IMG/VR virus record: IMGVR_UViG_3300033144_006348
Reading direction: 5' to 3' (one strand)
From: a virus
Lineage: Duplodnaviria; Heunggongvirae; Uroviricota; Caudoviricetes
Length of the DNA: 16,276 bases
Position 1 is the stretch's first letter, and every line of letters starts with the position of its first letter. Below the pieces are notes generated by a model. The model did no database searches, was not told the origin of the DNA, and was given only the letters and a program-made list of their open reading frames with translations. Below, one piece after another: positions 6,506 through 13,892 of this stretch. Both the position numbers and the translations under genes were made by a program.

Positions 6506-6930
6506 AAGGAGCGAAAATGTGTTTATCAAAGCCAATTAATTTTAAAGTCAGACGTGAAGGAGGATACTATGTAGGATATAAAGTATTTGAATACAGAAAT
6601 GGAAAATTCTATAATCCATATTGGGCATACTCCAACCCAAAAAGAATGGATGAATGGTTAAAAGCTTATAGATGTACAACTGGGATTATCAGCTTTTCTT
6701 CTCGTGACCATGAGTTTTATCGACCTGGTTTTCATATTTTTAAAAATCTAAGAGACGCCATGGAAGAGGGCGCTTCATTTAGTACCCATGAGGTAGTCTT
6801 AAAAGTATATTTTGATGAAATTACTGAGAAAGGTGAATGGTGGTTAAAAAGTAGTTATGATGGTGATCCTATAAAAGTTGTCGTGGCAAAATATCTATAT
6901 ATCCCATCAGATGGAAGGATACGGAAGTAG
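6502..6930 (+). CDS. hypothetical protein (GYKVF...GFHIF type), 142 aa; start may be ATG 6517
   Basis: Open frame; AAGGAG lies before 6517; the TAG stop abuts the next ATG. Confidence 0.7.
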   Translation: MKGAKMCLSKPINFKVRREGGYYVGYKVFEYRNGKFYNPYWAYSNPKRMDEWLKAYRCTTGIISFSSRDHEFYRPGFHIFKNLRDAMEEGASFSTHEVVLKVYFDEITEKGEWWLKSSYDGDPIKVVVAKYLYIPSDGRIRK

Positions 6931-7323
6931 ATGCTAAGATTAGGCATTGACTTACATGGAGTTATAGATTCCGATGTTGATAAATTTAAAAATTTCTTAT
7001 CTGCAGCTAAAAGTATTGGAATCGACATATGTATAATATCTGGCCCAGACAAAGAATATATACAAAGCGAACTAAAAGAGTATGACATTATAAAGGGAGT
7101 ACATTATGATGGCATTCTTTCTGTTGTAGATTATCTAAAAGATAAAGGCGTCGAAATGTGGACAGATGAAAAAGGAAGATGGTGGGCCAGTGATGAAGAT
7201 TGGTGGAGTTGTAAAGCTGAACTCTGTAATTTACATTTTATAGATGTCATGATAGATGACTCTGAAAGATTTAGTCGCTACTTTGAGAATATCAGTACGA
7301 AATTCATATTATACGAAAGATGA
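6931..7323 (+). CDS. HAD-superfamily hydrolase-like protein (nucleotidase-like), 130 aa
   Basis: Motif I-like LGIDLHGVID, motif III-like K (CKAELC), motif IV MIDDS. Confidence 0.6.
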   Translation: MLRLGIDLHGVIDSDVDKFKNFLSAAKSIGIDICIISGPDKEYIQSELKEYDIIKGVHYDGILSVVDYLKDKGVEMWTDEKGRWWASDEDWWSCKAELCNLHFIDVMIDDSERFSRYFENISTKFILYER

Positions 7324-7331
7324 GGTGAATT

Positions 7332-8162
7332 ATGAAATTTTGTGAAAATTACAAACAAATGGTTGAGAATATCATTCAGTTAACTTCTGAATATATGACA
7401 ATACATCATATGAAATCTATGATTATTGGTTTATCAGGCGGTATTGATAGTACTTTTTGTGCTGCTCTTGCATACGAAGCTAAGAAAAGAATAAAACATG
7501 ATATAAGTCTCATTGGTATAACTATTCCAATAGAAACATCCATAGATGAGACAAAGAGGGCACAAGTTACAGGAGAAGCTTTTTGTGATCATTTTCGTAT
7601 AGAAGGTATGCAAGAAATATACTGGGCTTTACGGGACGAATTAGTATGTACTTCTCCATATAGAAAGATAAGAGAGGGTAATATCAAAGCTCGTCTCCGA
7701 ATGATAAAGCTATTTGATGCTGCAAAAGAAAATGATGGATTAGTTCTTTCAACAGATAATTGGACAGAATATCTTCTAGGATTTTGGACTCTTCATGGAG
7801 ACGTTGGAAACTTTGGAATGATTCAGGAATTATGGAAGACTGAAGTTTATGGACTTGCTTATTATCTATGTACACAATACACTGTAGCTGGAGAACTAAA
7901 AAAGTCTGAAGCATTATTTGAAGGAATAAATGCAATACCAACTGATGGTCTTGGTATTACAGATTCCGATTTTGATCAAATAATGCCAGGATATGATAAA
8001 AGTTTAGATTCAAGGGAGGTGTATAGAAAAATAGATAGGTTGCTGATGAATCACAACCCTGTCCTTCCAGTAAATGATGTTACTAGACGTTATGTTGAGA
8101 CTAGTTTCAAACGGAACGATCCTTATAACATTAAACGAGAAGATATAATCGGAAAGGATTAA
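7332..8162 (+). CDS. nadE: NH3-dependent NAD(+) synthetase
   Basis: IIGLSGGIDS P-loop, GNIKARLRM, STDNWTEYLLGFWTLHGD, ELWKTEV, PTDGL; 276 aa, no glutaminase domain. Confidence 0.93.
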   Translation: MKFCENYKQMVENIIQLTSEYMTIHHMKSMIIGLSGGIDSTFCAALAYEAKKRIKHDISLIGITIPIETSIDETKRAQVTGEAFCDHFRIEGMQEIYWALRDELVCTSPYRKIREGNIKARLRMIKLFDAAKENDGLVLSTDNWTEYLLGFWTLHGDVGNFGMIQELWKTEVYGLAYYLCTQYTVAGELKKSEALFEGINAIPTDGLGITDSDFDQIMPGYDKSLDSREVYRKIDRLLMNHNPVLPVNDVTRRYVETSFKRNDPYNIKREDIIGKD

Positions 8163-8164
8163 TT

Positions 8165-9346
8165 ATGATAATTGAATCAGCGCTAGATCAGGATAAATAT
8201 AAAGTAAGTATGTTACAACCAATTTTTCATCAGTTCTCCGGAGCTATGGTTGAATATCAATTTAAATGTCGAACTCCTGGAATTGATTTTCGCCCATATG
8301 TTGGTGATATAATAAAAAATGTAAATAAGATGTGTATGCATGTTCACTTTACAAAAGAAGATCTAGAATATATTGGGGATACTATGGATTATATTACTTT
8401 AGATTTTCTTCAATTTCTAAAACAATATAGATATGAGTATGAATTTATACACATAACAACCGACGACAATGGAAACCTGCATATTTATATTATCGGACCC
8501 TGGTTATATACACACCTATTTGAGGTTCCAGTTCTCTCTATTATAAGTGAAGTATATTCCAGAGATATTAGTGAAAACTTTGAATATGCAAACATGAAAA
8601 CAATGGAAAAAGCAGATCTCATACAAGGGACTGGAGTTAGAATTGCTGAAGGTGGAGGTAGAAGAAGACACTCAATTGAAGCTCATTATAATGCTCTTGA
8701 AATCTTAAATTCTCGTTGCCCAGATAATCTAGTGGGAACCAGTAATATAATGATGGCCAAAAAACTTGGTATCAAATCTATGGGTACAATGGCCCACGAA
8801 TGGTTGCAAGCTCATCAAGCTCTTGGTTATCCAGTTGGGGATAGTCAAAAAATGGCACTTGAAAATTGGGCTAAAGAGTACCGTGGTAATCTTGGGATAG
8901 CTCTTTCTGATGTTATTGGTCTAAAGTATTTTCTTCATGATTTTGATATGTATCTTGCAAAATTGTTTGATGGAACAAGACAAGATTCTGGAGATCCATT
9001 TGAATATGGAAATGCTCTCATACATCATTATGCGTCAATGAATATAGATCCCAGAACAAAAAGTATAATATTCAGTGATGGTCTTGATTTTGAAAAAGCT
9101 TTAAAACTATATAACAGATTCAGAGATCGAATCCAAACTTCTTGTCTCATTGGTACCAATATAACAAATGATTTTGACTTCAATCCACTACAGATAGTTC
9201 TCAAGATGACAAAATGTAATGGTCAACCTGTAGCAAAAATAAGCGATACTCCTGAAAAAAGTATGTGCAATGACGAAGGGTATAAAGATTATGTCATATC
9301 CACGTTTGATAAAAGGATTAAAATATTATCCGGATATAATATATAA
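8165..9346 (+). CDS. pncB: nicotinate phosphoribosyltransferase (E. coli PncB-type)
   Basis: LDQDKYK, FKCR, GRRRHS, GTSN, GTMAHEW, RQDSGDP, IIFSDGLD, NGQPVAKISDTPEK; 393 aa. Confidence 0.92.
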   Translation: MIIESALDQDKYKVSMLQPIFHQFSGAMVEYQFKCRTPGIDFRPYVGDIIKNVNKMCMHVHFTKEDLEYIGDTMDYITLDFLQFLKQYRYEYEFIHITTDDNGNLHIYIIGPWLYTHLFEVPVLSIISEVYSRDISENFEYANMKTMEKADLIQGTGVRIAEGGGRRRHSIEAHYNALEILNSRCPDNLVGTSNIMMAKKLGIKSMGTMAHEWLQAHQALGYPVGDSQKMALENWAKEYRGNLGIALSDVIGLKYFLHDFDMYLAKLFDGTRQDSGDPFEYGNALIHHYASMNIDPRTKSIIFSDGLDFEKALKLYNRFRDRIQTSCLIGTNITNDFDFNPLQIVLKMTKCNGQPVAKISDTPEKSMCNDEGYKDYVISTFDKRIKILSGYNI

Positions 9347-9497
9347 TGGATATCTTAGAAAAGTATTAGAGGTCTATGAAGGTGAAGGTCTTGACTTCGC
9401 TATATGTGACCCCTATTATAAAAGATACGATTGTAAAAAATGCAAGGGAAAAGGAAAATTAGATTGGATTCAAAAAGTCATGGGAGTTAAAGAATGA
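9270..9497 (+). CDS. DnaJ-type Zn-finger micro-protein, copy 1 (first CxxC degenerate; start uncertain)
   Basis: CKKCKGKGKLDWIQKVMG; track start overlaps pncB by 77 nt; the coupled ATG at 9346 is out of frame. Confidence 0.5.
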   Translation: MTKGIKIMSYPRLIKGLKYYPDIIYNGYLRKVLEVYEGEGLDFAICDPYYKRYDCKKCKGKGKLDWIQKVMGVKE

Positions 9498-9669
9498 GTA
9501 ATCATAGTTTTGAAGGAATAATAGAATTATTTCCTGGTGAGGAACTTTGTCCAGAATGTAAAGGTAAAGGTCTTGAATTAAAACCTATTATAAAAGACAC
9601 AATTGTAAATTATGCAAAGGAAAAGGAAAAATTGACTGGATCCAAAAAGCTATGGGTATATCAAAATGA
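9412..9669 (+). repeat. 86-bp colinear direct repeat (9412-9497 and 9584-9669), 17 mismatches
   Basis: Manual alignment, offset 172, no indels. Confidence 0.85.
9494..9669 (+). pseudogene. DnaJ-type Zn-finger micro-protein, copy 2, split by a -1 frameshift near 9577-9600
   Basis: CPECKGKG in the start frame; CKLCKGKGKIDWIQKAMGISK* in the -1 frame, ending TGA 9667-9669. Confidence 0.65.
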
Positions 9670-9860
9670 CATTAAGTAACTATATTTCATCTAATGAAAG
9701 AAGACTAAATCCAATTGACTTATCACCAGGGGAAGAAGTTTGTCCAAGGTGTAAAGGAATGAAAGGTATATATCTTGTATTTCCTGGATCTCTTAGGAGA
9801 TGCCCTCTATGTAAAGGCAAAGGAAAAGTTGACTGGATCCAAAAAGCAATAGGGGTTTAA
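9666..9860 (+). CDS. DnaJ-type Zn-finger micro-protein, copy 3 (intact), 64 aa
   Basis: PGEEVCPRCKGMKG...CPLCKGKGKVDWIQKAIG. Confidence 0.75.
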   Translation: MTLSNYISSNERRLNPIDLSPGEEVCPRCKGMKGIYLVFPGSLRRCPLCKGKGKVDWIQKAIGV

Positions 9861-9862
9861 GA

Positions 9863-10021
9863 ATGATAAAAACTGTAGCAAAATGTTTTAAATGCAAGAA
9901 ATATACGATTCATGCAAAAGAGTTTAATCAATTGAGTCTTCCTTGGATTTGTTACGAATGTGGTATTAAAGTAGTAACTTTTCCATATAAATATATAAAC
10001 GGTTTCGGAATGGCTCATTAA
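9863..10021 (+). CDS. 52-aa Zn-ribbon micro-protein (not in the ORF track)
   Basis: MIKTVAKCFKCKK...WICYECG...; AGGGG upstream; stop ends 1 nt before tRNA-Lys. Confidence 0.6.
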   Translation: MIKTVAKCFKCKKYTIHAKEFNQLSLPWICYECGIKVVTFPYKYINGFGMAH

Positions 10022-10022
10022 T

Positions 10023-10099
10023 GCGTCGGTAGCTCAGTCGAGTAGAGCAGAGGGCTTTTAACCCTAAGGTCGCGAGTTCGAATCTCGCTCGGCGCACCA
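10023..10099 (+). tRNA. trnK: tRNA-Lys(UUU)
   Basis: Acceptor GCGTCGG/TCGGCGC, A73, CCA; anticodon arm GAGGG-CTTTTAA-CCCTA; D loop GAG rather than GG. Confidence 0.9.
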
Positions 10100-10118
10100 T
10101 TTTCAGAAAGGAGTTTTA

Positions 10119-10328
10119 ATGAAAGGTCAAGACGTGTTCGATTATAGATATGAATATAAAGTAGAATCTTTCTTCGCAAATGACATGAAAGAAATAAATC
10201 AATATCTTGAAAACAAAAACCTTGATGCTAGAGATGTTATAAACATAATACACGATGAAACTCATGATCATTGGTATGAAATCATTTATATTAAAAAAGT
10301 CAATAGGGAAAAGGAGAATAATTCGTGA
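10119..10328 (+). CDS. hypothetical protein, 69 aa
   Basis: GAAAGGAG RBS. Confidence 0.7.
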   Translation: MKGQDVFDYRYEYKVESFFANDMKEINQYLENKNLDARDVINIIHDETHDHWYEIIYIKKVNREKENNS

Positions 10329-10561
10329 AAAAATTATTTGACAAAAATGAACGCTACAATAAAGAATCACATAAAATTGATTCAGAGTTTTATAGGGCTG
10401 TAAAACCCATATTAGAACGTTATGCTAAAGAAGGGTATTCTCTAAGGGAACTATCTTATATAGCACAAAATAGTGTTCGTGATGCAGAATTAGAATTTTT
10501 GATCGGCAGTGATTTAAAATTAGAAAAACAGTTAGAAGAAGAAAGAAAGAAGGAGATGTAG
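10325..10561 (+). CDS. hypothetical protein, 78 aa; stop inside tRNA-Asn
   Basis: AAGGAG RBS, GTGA overlap; TAG at tRNA positions 8-10. Confidence 0.75.
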   Translation: MKKLFDKNERYNKESHKIDSEFYRAVKPILERYAKEGYSLRELSYIAQNSVRDAELEFLIGSDLKLEKQLEEERKKEM

Positions 10562-10626
10562 CTAAATGGCTTAGCAGTCGGCTGTTAACCGACAGTATGT
10601 GGGTTCAAGTCCCATCATCTCCTCCA
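10552..10626 (+). tRNA. trnN: tRNA-Asn(GUU), variant with G1-C72 and U73
   Basis: Acceptor GGAGATG/CATCTCC; anticodon arm GTCGG-CTGTTAA-CCGAC; CCA. Confidence 0.88.
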
Positions 10627-10641
10627 TGATAGTAAAAATGT

Positions 10642-10717
10642 TCTCCGGTAGCTCAGTTGGTAGAGCGGGTGGCTGTTAACCACTTAGTCGGCAGTTCGAA
10701 TCTGTCCCGGAGAGCCA
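10642..10717 (+). tRNA. trnN: tRNA-Asn(GUU), canonical U1-A72 and G73
   Basis: Acceptor TCTCCGG/CCGGAGA; anticodon arm GGTGG-CTGTTAA-CCACT; CCA. Confidence 0.93.
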
Positions 10718-10740
10718 ATAAGAAAAAGAAAGGAAATATA

Positions 10741-11298
10741 ATGTTTAATTTAAAGAAAAAAGTTGAGGATGAAGATATAGAGCCAAAAACTATTGAAAAA
10801 CCCAGGCCAAAATTAGTTGTAGTCGAAAAATATAATATGGTAGAATATGAGGAGATCTCAAAAGAACTAAATTTTAAACCGGCACAGTTGTTAGAACAAA
10901 AACTTCTTAAGTTCTTATCAGAGAACAATATCAAAAGTTTCTCCTTTAATGAAGTGTCCAAATATTTGGAATCAAAATGTAGTGGATCCCAACTATGGAT
11001 ATGGGTACCACTGAGACAACAAGATTTAGATAAAAATATTTCAATAGGGGGAGGATATGGGCATGGTCATTTTTCGACTGAACATGGCCATAATAAAGTG
11101 ACATATCATAAAGCTATTCCTATTAGAATCCTAAGAGATGTTAAAAAAATTGAACAAGGGATGGGAGAACAAAACCTTGCATTCTTCGCTTCTGATTTTG
11201 AAAAGCTAACATATAATGATCCATTTATTATGGTAACTGCAAAAAGTATGAATATAATTATCTTTGGAATGTGGGATGAACCTGGGTTTGAAGGATAA
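10741..11298 (+). CDS. hypothetical protein, 185 aa (C-terminal DPF.....GMWDEPGF)
   Basis: GAAAGGA RBS; start moved from 10657 (inside the tRNA) to ATG 10741. Confidence 0.75.
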   Translation: MFNLKKKVEDEDIEPKTIEKPRPKLVVVEKYNMVEYEEISKELNFKPAQLLEQKLLKFLSENNIKSFSFNEVSKYLESKCSGSQLWIWVPLRQQDLDKNISIGGGYGHGHFSTEHGHNKVTYHKAIPIRILRDVKKIEQGMGEQNLAFFASDFEKLTYNDPFIMVTAKSMNIIIFGMWDEPGFEG

Positions 11299-11304
11299 TA
11301 AAAT

Positions 11305-11381
11305 AGCGGCGTAGCTCAGTTGCGTAGAGCAGTCGGCCGATAACCGGCAGGTCGTGGGTTCAAGTCCCTCCGCCGCTACCA
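11305..11381 (+). tRNA. trnI: tRNA-Ile(GAU), C at position 33
   Basis: Acceptor AGCGGCG/CGCCGCT, A73, CCA; anticodon arm GTCGG-CCGATAA-CCGGC; D loop GCG. Confidence 0.88.
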
Positions 11382-11384
11382 ATT

Positions 11385-11444
11385 TGTACATATTCATACA
11401 GGATTTTGTACATATACATACAAAATCCTGTACATTTTTATACA
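11385..11444. promoter_or_regulatory. three tandem TGTA-N8-TACA palindromes at a 22-bp period, containing a 14-bp inverted repeat
   Basis: TGTACATATTCATACA (11385), TGTACATATACATACA (11407), TGTACATTTTTATACA (11429); inverted repeat 11397-11410 / 11419-11432. Confidence 0.6.
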
Positions 11445-11456
11445 AAAGGAGTATAT

Positions 11457-11666
11457 ATGGAAAAAGTATACTGTAAAAACTGCGAACACCTATTCCAGGA
11501 TATTAAGTTTAAGAAATGTACAGAAGTTCTACAAAATACTTACTATACTCGTGAATATGGAAATCCAATTAAGATTAATGCAAATAATGACTGTAATCAT
11601 TTCAAACTAAAAAAGAAAAAAAAGAGAAGAGTATGGCATTATTGGTTTGCTGCTCCATGGATTTAA
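11457..11666 (+). CDS. small Cys-containing hypothetical protein, 69 aa
   Basis: AAGGAG RBS before ATG 11457; YCKNCEH...C...N.NNDCNHF. Confidence 0.7.
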   Translation: MEKVYCKNCEHLFQDIKFKKCTEVLQNTYYTREYGNPIKINANNDCNHFKLKKKKKRRVWHYWFAAPWI

Positions 11667-11669
11667 AGA

Positions 11670-12092
11670 ATGAAAGTAAAACTTGATTTCATAACAAATA
11701 GCTCATCCTTATCGCATATTGTTTGTATACCAAGATGGTTAGAAATATCAGATGAAGATGAAAGAGCTAAAAAAGCTGTTGATCTTTATGCAGATAGTTT
11801 AACCCCCGCTATAAAACTATTTCAAACTATGAAAAGCCTATTTAAACAACTAAAAAGTGATGGGCTTCTTGCTATGGGTGATCTTAAAGACAGGGAATGG
11901 TTGGGATATTATTCTCTATGCACCTTTTTTCATAGTTCTGAATATGAAATTGTTAATTTTGAGACAGGATCAGGAGGAGGATTTATAGAAAATATATCAG
12001 TTGAAAAACTTAATGAAACATTCATTACTGTGAATAAAGACAAACTCGAATCATCATTCAGATTTTTAGAAAAGGAGAAAAACCATCGGTAA
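11670..12092 (+). CDS. hypothetical protein with N-terminal MKVKLDFITNSSS motif, 140 aa
   Basis: N-terminus resembles the widespread uncharacterised DFVTNSSSSSF-type motif. Confidence 0.7.
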   Translation: MKVKLDFITNSSSLSHIVCIPRWLEISDEDERAKKAVDLYADSLTPAIKLFQTMKSLFKQLKSDGLLAMGDLKDREWLGYYSLCTFFHSSEYEIVNFETGSGGGFIENISVEKLNETFITVNKDKLESSFRFLEKEKNHR

Positions 12093-12567
12093 CTTATTTA
12101 GAAACATAAAAAATGGAATTCAAAATCTTATATTATGGTTTCCAATTATTTGGAGAGATAGGAACTGGGATCATGTGTTCATTTATGATATTTTCAGACA
12201 TAAACTTAACTTAATGGAAAAAAACATTAGAAAATATGGTCATCATACGAACTCAGAAAAAGATGCAGACAAAATTAAAAAATGCGTTATACTTCTAGAC
12301 CGTCTCGTTGAGGATAAATATCATGATAATGCTTATAAAGATTATTATAAAAAATGGGGAGAAGCACATTTAGAATGGATAGATATTGACAATTCTGATC
12401 TTACACAAGCTAAGATAACTCATCCAAATGTTAAAAATAGCAAGGATAGAAAACAAGAGAGAAAAGAATTTAAAATATGTATGGAACATGAAGCATATCT
12501 TAGAGAGCAAGACCTGGATCTGTTGTTTGAAACAATGCGAAAACATATTCAATGTTGGTGGGATTAA
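12085..12567 (+). CDS. conserved phage-type hypothetical protein (W.PIIW.DR.WD motif), about 160 aa, apparent ATC start
   Basis: Frame is open upstream of the track's GTG 12175 and carries LILWFPIIWRDRNWDH; AAGGAG 7 nt before ATC 12085. Confidence 0.6.
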   Translation: MGNLFRNIKNGIQNLILWFPIIWRDRNWDHVFIYDIFRHKLNLMEKNIRKYGHHTNSEKDADKIKKCVILLDRLVEDKYHDNAYKDYYKKWGEAHLEWIDIDNSDLTQAKITHPNVKNSKDRKQERKEFKICMEHEAYLREQDLDLLFETMRKHIQCWWD

Positions 12568-12568
12568 A

Positions 12569-12811
12569 ATGTACACAAAAAAGAAAAGTATTAACTATTT
12601 ATGGGAAATAATACATAGATGTTTGGCAACAGATTCTTATACTTATACTGAAACTACCGTAGAAGGAGAGAATCAAGAGGATGCAATGAATTTTTTCAAT
12701 AAATATGTTGCCGATGGAACATATATACTTCCAATAGATAACATAAATAATGTGTATCCATTCAAATATATTGCGAAAGGAGAACAACTTAAAAAAAGTG
12801 AAAAAAGGTGA
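12569..12811 (+). CDS. hypothetical protein, 80 aa
   Basis: ATG 12569, 1 nt after the previous stop; GGTGGGA upstream. Confidence 0.6.
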   Translation: MYTKKKSINYLWEIIHRCLATDSYTYTETTVEGENQEDAMNFFNKYVADGTYILPIDNINNVYPFKYIAKGEQLKKSEKR

Positions 12812-13070
12812 TTTAAAAGTTTGGTGGATACCTCAAGTACCAATGAAACCCTTTGAGGTTCCAGTTAAAAATATTGATGAAGCAATTTTACTTCTTAAAA
12901 CTCTAGCACTATACGATATATTTCAATTTGAGAATAATATCAAACCTGACTATTGTAACGCTGGAGGATTACAAATATATGAAGACGGTGAATGGATTGA
13001 CTATTACAGTGAAGATTCTCAAGACATTGACGAAATAATGAGGGAACAACTTAAAAATGAAAGAAGGTAA
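12798..13070 (+). CDS. phage P22 Gp17-like protein (superinfection-exclusion gene 17 family), 90 aa
   Basis: LKVWWIPQVPMKPFEVPV...YDIFQFENNIKPDYCNAGGL closely matches my recollection of P22 gp17 (LRVWHIPQVPMKPF...YDAFQYDNNIKPDYCNANGL). Confidence 0.78.
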   Translation: MKKGDLKVWWIPQVPMKPFEVPVKNIDEAILLLKTLALYDIFQFENNIKPDYCNAGGLQIYEDGEWIDYYSEDSQDIDEIMREQLKNERR

Positions 13071-13320
13071 TATAGAATTAGCGAAAATTGAAATAGAAAG
13101 AGATCTAATACTTTGTAATAAATGTCTGGTATCTACCATGTGTGCAGAATCATGTGAAAATTTTCATAATGAAGTAATGGATCTTTTACCACCAAAAAAA
13201 TATTTAGACAATTTTAAAAAGGATCTAGCAGATGATATTAGGAAAGCAGTAGTGAATACATCGTTTCAAACAATAACAGTTACTTTCAAATGGAGACTTG
13301 ATAGAAAGGGGAAATTATGA
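13057..13320 (+). CDS. small protein with CxxCxxxxxCxxxC motif, 87 aa
   Basis: LCNKCLVSTMCAESC; GAGGGA RBS. Confidence 0.7.
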   Translation: MKEGNIELAKIEIERDLILCNKCLVSTMCAESCENFHNEVMDLLPPKKYLDNFKKDLADDIRKAVVNTSFQTITVTFKWRLDRKGKL

Positions 13321-13718
13321 GTAACAGACCTTTTTATGCAGTCGTTTTAATAAATAATAAAGATCAATCAATTAAAGATCTTATGATACAACATCAAAAC
13401 CAAATTATGGAACAAATGAAATTTTATAGGTTTTATGAAGACATATGTAACCAAATTGAAGATCTAAAAGAAAACTATGAAACGGCAGAAAAATATTTTG
13501 GGAATTTATTCTATGATCAGTGCCACTATGAAATTTATCTTAAAAATATATTTGAACTTAAAGAAGAATACAATGCTAATTGCGAAGATGTATTTCTATA
13601 TATTTTCACAAAAAATTCAGCAGGATATTGGGAATCATTACAAATATTTTTAATGGATTCTACTGATAACCTAATTATGCCATATTTCTGTGATGGAAAT
13701 CTATTTTTACCAAGTTAA
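13317..13718 (+). CDS. hypothetical protein, 133 aa
   Basis: AAGGGG RBS; ATGA overlap. Confidence 0.7.
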   Translation: MSNRPFYAVVLINNKDQSIKDLMIQHQNQIMEQMKFYRFYEDICNQIEDLKENYETAEKYFGNLFYDQCHYEIYLKNIFELKEEYNANCEDVFLYIFTKNSAGYWESLQIFLMDSTDNLIMPYFCDGNLFLPS

Positions 13719-13733
13719 TGAAAGGAGATTTTG

Positions 13734-13892
13734 ATGAGCAAACAAAAGCCTAAAAAAGAAGAACAAATGCACCAACATGTTGACAACTCAGGAATACCTT
13801 TTGGGAAAACACATCCAGTTGATGCTAATCATAAAAATGAAAAAACTCAAAAGGCTCATAAGGAAACAATGAAACATGGGGGAATAAAATGA
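13734..13892 (+). CDS. 52-aa Lys/His-rich micro-protein (not in the ORF track)
   Basis: GAAAGGAG RBS; MSKQKPKKEEQMHQHVDNSG...HGGIK*; ATGA overlap with the next gene. Confidence 0.6.
   Translation: MSKQKPKKEEQMHQHVDNSGIPFGKTHPVDANHKNEKTQKAHKETMKHGGIK

Noticed and set aside
1279-10740. ORFs or N-terminal extensions running through RNA genes (1279, 2121, 3438, 4097, 4670, 10657)
   Set aside because: They translate tRNA/tmRNA sequence; each real gene has a better RBS and ATG just after the CCA.
11383-11444. CRISPR mini-array
   Set aside because: Period is only 22 bp with 6-bp variable gaps, far too short for spacers; no cas genes.
1579-13800. Sigma70 promoters at TTGACA occurrences (about 1579, 10339, 13780)
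   Set aside because: No -10 hexamer at 16-18 bp spacing and all lie within coding sequence.
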